A stretch of DNA of 64,000 bases from Candidatus Omnitrophota bacterium (lineage in GTDB: Bacteria; Omnitrophota; Gorgyraeia; Zapsychrales; Zapsychraceae): the NCBI GenBank assembly GCA_015233405.1, contig JADFXT010000005.1, positions 10,210 through 74,209 on the forward strand, written 5' to 3'. Position 1 is the first letter of the stretch, and each line of letters begins with the position of its first letter. The position numbers and the translations under genes are program-made. The notes under the pieces are model-generated. The model was not told where the DNA came from. It ran no database searches and worked only from the letters and a program-made list of their open reading frames with translations. Shown piece by piece: positions 59,001 through 64,000 of the stretch.

Positions 59001-59850
59001 CACAAAAGAACGAATTATTAACGGGTACCTGGAAGTCCTCAAAACTCCTGGGAACGGGAGTGCCATTGAAGAAACCATTAAAGAATTGGGTGACTTGAAA
59101 GACCCAAGGGCAATACCATTGATACTTAAATATTTTTCCATATACCCGACGATAGCAACGATTGCTTTAACTAAACTTCATGTTCCCCCAAAAACACTCA
59201 TTACCAAAAACATGAACGTCCTGAAAACCCCATTGGAGTCTTATATTCTCCAACAAGCGATTGAACAGTTAAGACAATTAAAATCGGACGATACAAGAGA
59301 ACTGTTTATTACCGGTTATCTGGACGTCATGAAAACTTCTGACTGGTCTGCCTCCATTAAAGAAGCCATTCAACAGTTAGCTGCGCTGGGACATCCTCAA
59401 GTTAAAATTTTCCAAGAAGTCAGTAACAGGATATCTTCTTCTCCTATCCCTGGAGAAACATTCGGCCTATTTTTTAGGCAGGCCTTGGACATCCGGTTGT
59501 CAGGGTGCGATTTCAAGATTCCTGAGTATTCCAATCCCTGGATTTATTATCGAAGAAATGACCTTGATAATCCGGTCATTGTCTCAATCGGGGCAGTCGA
59601 CAACGCGCTGGTGACCAAGAAAAACGTCGGTGGTATTGACATGAACAACATTAATTTAAAAGGCGATGGGAAGGGGACGTTCACTGCGTTTACGTTCCAG
59701 TTCGACTTAAAGGTAATGGAACAATTCAAAGATGTGCCCGTCGATAACCTTTCTCCGGTGATTATCAATATCGTGCCGATTCCAAGCATTCTGCCGCTTC
59801 TTGGACTTAAAGAAGATACGACGGAAAAACTAGCAAAAGCGGAAAATTAA
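56017..59850 (+). CDS. giant modular protein, part 2 (+1 frame): C-terminal half of the sugar kinase + linker + TM helix + HEAT-like repeats + C-terminal GGIDMN module
   Basis: Kinase C-half ILGGSVTKGSFG...AKAGVLGAAGF. TM MISITAGLIGFGVIATYIGI. Repeated NGYLEVLKT...AIEQL(x)xL units. The end is VGGIDMNNINLKGDG...IVPIPSILPLLGLKE. The Met at 56017 is probably not the real start (see findings). Confidence 0.8.
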   Translation: MLTLVREPVLAADLHLSTKTDGHIYDMKILDKPVTLALNWQGQKMEIPLFEMAQDLFSGGNGIGETLMMRINQKALDMGLEKPFSYQEGLNEKEIIGFMKASGGKLLSDILVAGKADSRYEIAQQIAAFEGQMLALIIEHIYNGDIRKWNPSADWSQEDRDFVKGTKNFILGGSVTKGSFGTIVEKTAREELAAKGLVDVQLILPKMDTAKAGVLGAAGFVNDVAKMKTTDSDSAMVAAQGVLVNGVVVDKNLALEAINLLEKPVKERFIYKIPTAIFRRYPYLAPVLDLTLPAKETESKKRETARLFIEKFIRAKHPNSVKSVSTETESLALQMERVSPTDFGLRFSFDPFGLRVKRLAKELAAFLKEEKARIEKIMLPNIYQVPSAQATRAIDMDLRRIKSELIEQTPEEFESDLAALKNQTLSYEQRNTKMYPLILKSKGERLNRVKSTLLEIFRTEAGIMRERAWNGLRFMGIPGEEIQETPATSVTTDKAMISITAGLIGFGVIATYIGIRKFFRYHTINGAMSMLENPLSERSLEKANHFLRNQQDWPGTPDTKERLFNGYMNVLKNSMHIGSMIEAIEQLANLGIRQTEAIDTIADYLGGLRKRDAQFLASLKKKYPPQNDFRDYLADWMYKLDFKFYFSIGANTRFAARAALVKLKAPEEKYVPGYFAAVKADIKENMLNGKKHIAENAMAELRELNSDKAKKLRYDGYLEILKTPEMADYVLQEALEQLEVLGHPQAKTFKKFYEKLGARTFGQIFVTGTIYEKRFQEAWEIQNSGYEFEIIYNEEKSHLKQYTVDPGDGGGLLLRERKIIDVPAHPIEIVKTEKLPDALPSTDKAMLVRWTTDWYIEKGLNINIVSKENTKIHIKTIKILTHRYLKSPKNREIIKQALFNMLTDFSKEAREATRAALAKLNISKVEIIAANMHVLKTVWFDPAIPEAIEQLKQLESDDTREPLINGYLEVLKTTSSTELAIQGTVERLRHLRSEDTKERIINGYLEVLKTPGNGSAIEETIKELGDLKDPRAIPLILKYFSIYPTIATIALTKLHVPPKTLITKNMNVLKTPLESYILQQAIEQLRQLKSDDTRELFITGYLDVMKTSDWSASIKEAIQQLAALGHPQVKIFQEVSNRISSSPIPGETFGLFFRQALDIRLSGCDFKIPEYSNPWIYYRRNDLDNPVIVSIGAVDNALVTKKNVGGIDMNNINLKGDGKGTFTAFTFQFDLKVMEQFKDVPVDNLSPVIINIVPIPSILPLLGLKEDTTEKLAKAEN
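58855..59337 (+). repeat. three diverged 81-nt coding repeats (HEAT-like unit AIEQLxxLxSxDTxExxINGYLEVLKT)
   Basis: Units at 58855-58935, 58966-59046 and 59257-59337 align at the DNA level without gaps, with many identical stretches (attgaacagtt, acaagagaac, ggttatctgga, gaaaact). Confidence 0.7.
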
Positions 59851-59881
59851 TCGTTTGATCCTAAAAATATTTTATAAAATC

Positions 59882-59914
59882 AGGGGCTGAGTCTTCAGCC
59901 CCTTTTAATTTTAT
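59882..59914 (+). terminator. rho-independent terminator of the giant gene
   Basis: Stem ggggctga / tcagcccc (59883-59890 / 59895-59902), loop gtct, then ttttaatttt. Confidence 0.8.
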
Positions 59915-59974
59915 CGACGGAGAAACGAAGAAATAAACCATTTCTAAAAAAGATAAATATTTTTTGCCGGCACC

Positions 59975-60003
59975 TTGTCGAGAAGCAAATCATATGCTAT
60001 TCT
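59975..60003 (+). promoter_or_regulatory. candidate sigma70-type promoter for the riboswitch leader
   Basis: TTGTCG (59975-59980), 17-nt spacer, TATTCT (59998-60003). It sits about 10 nt upstream of the aptamer. Confidence 0.35.
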
Positions 60004-60013
60004 TGTAATAGAA

Positions 60014-60104
60014 TTTGGTAAAGGTAAACTACTCGAAAGAGTAGGGCGCAAAGCCGTGAACCTAAAACCTTCTGGAGGAAGGGAATGGTTGTCTGGCTGC
60101 CGAA
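60014..60104 (+). promoter_or_regulatory. c-di-GMP-I (GEMM-I) riboswitch aptamer
   Basis: Core CTACTC-GAAA-GAGTAG-GGCGCAAAGCC-GTGAA-CCTAAAACC closely parallels the V. cholerae Vc2 core CCAUUC-GAAA-GAGUGG-GACGCAAAGCC-UCCGG-CCUAAACC (recalled from memory). GAAA tetraloop hairpin 60029-60044. Receptor-bearing hairpin gcc/aacc/ccttc...gaagg/ggtt/ggc at 60053-60097. Possible P1 tttgg/ccgaa (60014-18 / 60100-04). Confidence 0.8.
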
Positions 60105-60126
60105 GCGGAGGCTTCGTTAAACATAT

Positions 60127-60157
60127 CGCGCCCCTTTACTAGAGGCGCGTTTTTATT
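60127..60157 (+). terminator. intrinsic terminator forming the riboswitch expression platform
   Basis: Stem cgcgcc/ggcgcg (60127-60132 / 60144-60149) plus 2 further bp, then a T5 run at 60150-60154. The 5' arm gcgccc (60128-33) is complementary to aptamer core gggcgc (60044-49). Confidence 0.7.
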
Positions 60158-60385
60158 AGTTGCCTTCCATTATGATGGAAAAGGCAACTAGAAGACCCTT
60201 TGAGATCCTAAAATCTATTCAAGGACTCAAAGGGTAAAAAGTATGGGGGAGTAAGCATATAACCATTTGAGCTTAAGAAGTGTAATGAAAAAGCTCGATG
60301 GTCTAGAGAAAGGGGTTGTAAGTAGGGGGAACTCTAACAGATAAACTCCCAGGTGAGGTGGCCCCCTGCCTCACCTTTCCTGGGG
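60157..60385 (+). other. array of four strong hairpins in the rtcB leader (unclassified structured RNA or palindromic repeat units)
   Basis: Hairpin A 60157-60190 (14 bp). B 60195-60235 (10+4 bp, contains CCTAAAA). C 60262-60302 (5+6 bp). D 60346-60385 (8-bp core aggtgagg/cctcacct with C5 loop). G5 tracts at 60245-49 and 60325-29 are complementary to the D loop. Confidence 0.5.
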
Positions 60386-60501
60386 TGTTTGGCATATGAT
60401 GTAGGAAAATGGTGGACACTGTCGTTTTTCATAAATATACTACATTCATGTGTTAGGCATCCCAGGCCGGATTTTCCTGCCTGTCGTTATCAAAAACATC
60501 C

Positions 60502-61680
60502 ATGAGCTTTCAACTTATCCACAATATTCCTGTCTGGGGCGAACCCATTGACGAGGCGGTTAATCAACTTATCAACTGCGCTAAGACTGCAGACAAATGC
60601 GCTTTAATGGCGGACCATCATCCTGGCTATGCCGTGCCTATTGGCGGCGTTGTGGCGTATAGGGATAAGATCAGCCCGTCGGGTGTTGGCTATGACATTG
60701 CCTGCGGTAATAAAGCCGTACGCCTTGATATTCCTGCCGACGAAGTTAAAGATCACATCAAAGAGATCATGACCGACATTTTTGAAACGCTCTCATTCGG
60801 CATTGGCCTAAAAAATAATGAACGCGTGGATCATCCATTATTTCACGATGACGCGGCATGGCAGCTTGGTGTCGCCAAAGAACTTAAATTAAAAAAACTG
60901 GCGCAGGAACAATTGGGCACCATCGGTTCAGGGAATCATTACGTTGATTTATTTACCGACGAAGAAAACAGGGTTTGGCTTGGCATCCATTTTGGGTCGC
61001 GCGGGCTTGGCCATAGATTAGCCAAATATTTTATCCAAAAAGGCGGCGGGCGAGATGGCATGAACGTAGACCCGGTGGTGCTTAATGTGAAAAGCGATCT
61101 CGCGCAAGATTATCTTTTAGGTATGAAACTCGCCGGGCGTTATGCCTATGCGGGACGAGATTGGGTTTGTAAACGCATTGCTCAATTATTGCAGGCAAAT
61201 ATCTTGGAAGAAGTCCATAACCATCATAATTACGCTTGGGCCGAAGAACATAATGGAGAAAAACTTTGGGTCATCCGCAAAGGCGCGACCCCGGCGTTTC
61301 CGGGACAGAAAGGTTTTATCGGCGGGAGCATGGGAGATATTTCCGTGATCGTCGAAGGAATTGACTCGGATGAAAGCCGGCGGGCCATGTATTCGACCGT
61401 CCACGGTGCCGGACGCCTGATTTCACGGACAGCCGCAGCCGGAAGGAAAAGAGGCCGTTATCGTATGGGCGGAAAAATTACGCGCGAGATGATGAAAGAG
61501 TGGGTGGATTCTAAAAATGTTACGCTTATCGGCGCAGGAACAGATGAGTCTCCGCATTGTTATAAAAGATTACCGGAAGTCTTGAAATATCATGAAAAAA
61601 CCATTAGAATTCTCCATACGCTTACCCCGATTGGGGTAGCAATGGCAGGAGAAGACGTTTTCGACCCATTTAAAGATTAA
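60502..61680 (+). CDS. rtcB: RNA ligase RtcB (3'-phosphate/5'-hydroxyl RNA-splicing ligase family)
   Basis: Motifs HHPGYAVPIGGV, GVGYDIACG, GSGNHY, FGSRGLGH, HNHHNYA, IRKGATPA, GGSMGD, VHGAGR. Confidence 0.93.
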   Translation: MSFQLIHNIPVWGEPIDEAVNQLINCAKTADKCALMADHHPGYAVPIGGVVAYRDKISPSGVGYDIACGNKAVRLDIPADEVKDHIKEIMTDIFETLSFGIGLKNNERVDHPLFHDDAAWQLGVAKELKLKKLAQEQLGTIGSGNHYVDLFTDEENRVWLGIHFGSRGLGHRLAKYFIQKGGGRDGMNVDPVVLNVKSDLAQDYLLGMKLAGRYAYAGRDWVCKRIAQLLQANILEEVHNHHNYAWAEEHNGEKLWVIRKGATPAFPGQKGFIGGSMGDISVIVEGIDSDESRRAMYSTVHGAGRLISRTAAAGRKRGRYRMGGKITREMMKEWVDSKNVTLIGAGTDESPHCYKRLPEVLKYHEKTIRILHTLTPIGVAMAGEDVFDPFKD

Positions 61681-61697
61681 ATCCTAAATCCGGAACA

Positions 61698-61780
61698 CGA
61701 AATTCGAAACAAAAATCTAAATTTGAATTTTGGAATTTGAGTTTTGTTTCGGTTTTCGATATTCGTATTTCGAATTTTTT
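61698..61780. repeat. AT-rich cgaaa/tttcg palindromic element plus weak terminator
   Basis: Arms cgaaa..cgaaacaaaa (61698-61714) / ttttgtttcg..tttcg (61742-61758). Then attcg-tattt-cgaat followed by T6 (61761-61780). Confidence 0.5.
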
Positions 61781-61798
61781 AACAAAAAGGAGAAGAAA

Positions 61799-63190
61799 GT
61801 GCAGACAACAAAATTCTTTTTAAAAGATAAGGATGTTCCCAAAAAGTGGTATAACCTGGCTGCGGATTTGCCGACCCCGCTATTGCCGCCTTTAGGCCCA
61901 GACGGAAAACCTATAACGCCGGATATGCTTAAGCCGGTCTTTCCAGAGAATCTTATCGAACAGGAAGTGAGTACCAAACGTTGGATTGATATTCCCGAAG
62001 AAATCCTTGAAATACTTTACCGCTGGAGGCCGACTCCACTAAGACGAGCTATTTATCTGGAAAAATATTTAAAAACCCCGGCGAGAATTTATTATAAAGA
62101 TGAAAGTGTCAGTCCCGCCGGAAGCCATAAGACCAACACCTCTATTCCTCAAGCATGGTATAACAAAAAATTTGGTATCAAGAAATTAACCACCGAAACC
62201 GGCGCCGGCCAATGGGGATGCGCACTAGCGTTCGCCTGCCAGTTGGTCGGATTAGAATGTAAAGTTTACATGGTCCGTGTCAGTTTTGAACAGAAGCCGA
62301 TGCGGAAAACCATGATGCAGGTCTGGGGCGCGAAATGTCTGGCAAGCCCGTCGGAATTTACGCAAGCCGGACGAGACATTTTAAAGAAAATGCCGGATAC
62401 TCCGGGAAGCTTAGGCATTGCCATCAGCGAAGCCGTCGAGGACGCCGTTTCGGATAAAACCGGTCAGACCAGGTATTCCTTGGGAAGTGTTTTAAACCAC
62501 GTTCTATTACATCAGACCATTATTGGACTTGAAGCCAAAAAACAGCTGGCCATTGCCAAAGAAAAAAAGGTGGACGTTGTCATCGGCTGTGCCGGCGGCG
62601 GAAGTAATTTTGGCGGCATCGCTTTTCCGTTTGCCTACGATAAAATTCACGGCAAGAAGATCACAATCATTCCGGTCGAATCCGCATCGTGTCCTAAAAT
62701 GACGCGCGGCAAATTCTCCTATGACTTCGGCGATGTTTCCGGAATGACGCCGCTATTGGCCATGATGACATTAGGCCACCAATTTATTCCTGCGCCGATT
62801 CACGCCGGAGGGCTTCGTTATCATGCTATGGCGCCATTAGTCAGCCAAGGAATTGTAGAAGGGCTTTTAACTCCTAAAGCTTATGACCAAGCCCAGGCCT
62901 ATGAAGCCGCGCTTCTGTGGGCCAAGACCGAAGGCTTTATCTGTGCGCCGGAGACGAGCCATGCGATTGCCTGCGTTATCGACGAGGCCAAGAAAGCCAA
63001 GGCTGAAGGCAAACAAAAAGTCATTCTTTTTAACTATAGCGGCCACGGATTAATGGATTTGGTCGGCTATGATAAATATTTATCCGGGCAACTAAAAGGA
63101 TATTGCTTACCGGAAGATGAACTGATCGACACCTTAAAGACATTGGAAGGCTTCCCTAAAGCTAATGCCCGAAAAACAGGAAAGTGGTAG
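61799..63190 (+). CDS. trpB: tryptophan synthase beta-like protein, TrpB2 type
   Basis: GTG start at 61799 with an AAAAAGGAGAAG RBS. The track ORF begins at 61730, inside the repeat. Motifs KWYNLAADLP, WRPTPL, YYKDESVSPAGSHKTNT, TETGAGQWG, GCAGGGSNFGG. About 463 aa, as for the TrpB2 class. Confidence 0.9.
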   Translation: MQTTKFFLKDKDVPKKWYNLAADLPTPLLPPLGPDGKPITPDMLKPVFPENLIEQEVSTKRWIDIPEEILEILYRWRPTPLRRAIYLEKYLKTPARIYYKDESVSPAGSHKTNTSIPQAWYNKKFGIKKLTTETGAGQWGCALAFACQLVGLECKVYMVRVSFEQKPMRKTMMQVWGAKCLASPSEFTQAGRDILKKMPDTPGSLGIAISEAVEDAVSDKTGQTRYSLGSVLNHVLLHQTIIGLEAKKQLAIAKEKKVDVVIGCAGGGSNFGGIAFPFAYDKIHGKKITIIPVESASCPKMTRGKFSYDFGDVSGMTPLLAMMTLGHQFIPAPIHAGGLRYHAMAPLVSQGIVEGLLTPKAYDQAQAYEAALLWAKTEGFICAPETSHAIACVIDEAKKAKAEGKQKVILFNYSGHGLMDLVGYDKYLSGQLKGYCLPEDELIDTLKTLEGFPKANARKTGKW

Positions 63191-63201
63191 TCCCCTCACA
63201 A

Positions 63202-63300
63202 TGTCATCCCCGAATGCATTAGTCGGGGAACCATAGAGGTTGAAGGCATGGATTCCCGACCTGCCTGACGGTAGGCAGGCAAAAAATTTCGGGAATGACA
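63202..63300. repeat. TGTCAT-terminated MITE/REP-like palindromic element
   Basis: Terminal inverted repeats tgtcatccccgaa (63202-63214) / ttcgggaatgaca (63288-63300), with 1 mismatch. Internal hairpins tccccga/tcgggga, attcccga/tcgggaat and cctgcct/aggcagg. Confidence 0.7.
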
Positions 63301-63335
63301 AACTTTTTAAAAATTTTAGTTTGAGGACAAATATC

Positions 63336-63908
63336 ATGAAAAAATCTATTGGAGCAAGTACGATCGTTTTTCCCACACCCGTTTTTATCGTCGGAAGTTA
63401 TGATAATAAAGGCGTTGCTGATGTCATGACTGCCGCATGGGGAGGGATTGCATGTTCCATCCCGCCATGCGTAAGCGTCTCCATCAGGCCGGAGAGGCAA
63501 ACACATGCCAACATTATGGCCAAAAAGGCTTTCACAGTAAGCATCCCATCGTCGGATTATCTTAAAGAAGCGGATTATTTCGGCATTGTCTCCGGAAAGA
63601 ATGAAGATAAATTTAAAGTCTCCGGATTAACGCCGGTCAAAAGCGATATTGTCGACGCGCCTTACGTTAAAGAATTTCCATTTGTCCTAGAATGCTCACT
63701 ATTTAAGACGCTCGAACTCGGGGCCCACACGGTGTTTGTCGGCGAGATCAAAGATGTCAAGGTCGAAGAATCTTGTTTAAATAACGAAGGTAAGCCCGAT
63801 ATTGTTAAACTTAAGCCCATGATTTTTGATCCTGCAACATGGGGTTATTATGGATTCGGAAAATTTTTAGACAAAGCTTTTACAGCCGGAAAAACGGTAA
63901 AGAAATGA
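63336..63908 (+). CDS. flavin reductase-like (FMN-binding split-barrel) protein
   Basis: Start at ATG 63336 with a GAGGA RBS. The track ORF start at 63240 lies in the repeat element. Typical block FPTPVFIVGSYDNKGVADVMTAAWGG...VSIRPERQTHANI. Confidence 0.85.
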   Translation: MKKSIGASTIVFPTPVFIVGSYDNKGVADVMTAAWGGIACSIPPCVSVSIRPERQTHANIMAKKAFTVSIPSSDYLKEADYFGIVSGKNEDKFKVSGLTPVKSDIVDAPYVKEFPFVLECSLFKTLELGAHTVFVGEIKDVKVEESCLNNEGKPDIVKLKPMIFDPATWGYYGFGKFLDKAFTAGKTVKK

Positions 63909-64000
63909 CGGTTTTACAAAAGAACGCGTTAGATAAAATTAAAAAAATCCACGTCCTTTCTCGCAAGCTCAACGGAAAAACAAAATCCCGTCATGAAAAG
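63905..64000 (+). CDS. 5' end of an unidentified CDS (truncated by the window edge)
   Basis: ATGA start/stop overlap with the upstream gene. Open to the window end (MTVLQKNALDKIKKIHVLSRKLNGKTKSRHEK). Confidence 0.35.
   Translation, partial: MTVLQKNALDKIKKIHVLSRKLNGKTKSRHEK

Noticed and set aside
60195-60345. A second (tandem) GEMM-I aptamer, suggested by the repeated CCTAAAA string in hairpin B.
   Set aside because: There is no GNRA-capped partner hairpin, and the invariant ACGCAAAGC junction has no second copy.
59989-60400. Long-range pairing atcatatgc (59989-59997) with gcatatgat (60392-60400). This would close the whole riboswitch-plus-hairpin region into one ~410-nt domain.
   Set aside because: Six of the nine bases are the self-complementary CATATG, so the match is much less significant than it looks. 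The 5' arm also lies inside the spacer of the best promoter candidate and may not be transcribed.
60157-60500. A group I intron or allosteric ribozyme downstream of the c-di-GMP aptamer, by analogy with the known c-di-GMP-II/group I arrangement.
   Set aside because: I could not find P/Q/R/S-like core elements, a P7 G-binding site, or plausible splice-site pairings. Hammerhead (CUGAUGA...GAAA) and twister-like cores were also not found. This stays only as an open question in the findings.
61717-61977. Minus-strand ORF 61717..61977, and the ATG at 61730 as the start of trpB2.
   Set aside because: Both run through the AT-rich palindromic repeat (translations FEFCFGFRYSYFEFF / KPKQNSNSKIQI). The GTG at 61799 has a strong RBS and matches the usual TrpB2 N-terminus.
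63134-63506. Minus-strand ORFs 63134..63376 and 63219..63506, and the 63240 start of the flavin reductase ORF.
   Set aside because: They are translations of the TGTCAT palindromic element or antisense to real genes. ATG 63336 with a GAGGA RBS gives the conserved flavin-reductase N-terminus.

Overview
A 64-kb, roughly 40% GC bacterial chromosomal segment. It is gene-dense: every convincing CDS but one (8497..8823) lies on the + strand. There are no rRNA or tRNA genes, CRISPR arrays, transposases or phage genes. Gene content and the palindromic repeat types suggest an uncultivated Gram-negative lineage (an Omnitrophota-like organism is only a guess).

Content in order:
- Envelope and efflux genes: an RND pump with no partner genes, and an outer-membrane barrel.
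- A fatty-acid desaturase.
- Metal homeostasis genes: a VIT1/CCC1 protein and, further on, a CDF transporter.
- DNA alkylation repair (AlkD-like), cstA, and two SDR sugar epimerases plus a GT2 glycosyltransferase.
- A 13-kb type IV pilus / T2SS-like cluster (17.6-30.5 kb): secretin, CheY-like receiver, GspE/PilB, GspF/PilC, four (pseudo)pilins including a 592-aa LamG-bearing one, a PilM-PilN fusion, PilO, a PilP-like protein, and a DUF2079-like membrane protein.
- An SPFH protein, uppP, a UbiA prenyltransferase, an ABC-2 exporter and an ABC-F ATPase.
- A complete F1Fo ATP synthase operon (atpZ-BEFHAGDC) with a truncated epsilon subunit.
- An OmpR/HK two-component pair, then TtcA.
- A roughly 7.3-kb giant modular gene (52530..59850) that is split by a frame change.
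- rtcB, trpB2 and a flavin reductase-like gene.

Most noteworthy:
1. The giant gene. A sugar-kinase domain is cut in half by a +1 frame change at an A-run (56070-56075). The joined product would be about 2,440 aa. It would run from an exported N-terminal domain through AroE-like, HAD and kinase modules, a TM helix and HEAT repeats, to a C-terminal GGID(M/L)N module. Recurring D-x-A-[ML] motifs sit at the module boundaries.
2. A c-di-GMP-I (GEMM-I) riboswitch-like aptamer with an intrinsic terminator (60014..60157). It lies in a 650-nt structured leader, followed by four strong hairpins, upstream of the RNA ligase gene rtcB.
3. TGTCAT-terminated palindromic elements. One (53201..53279) is inserted in frame inside the giant gene.
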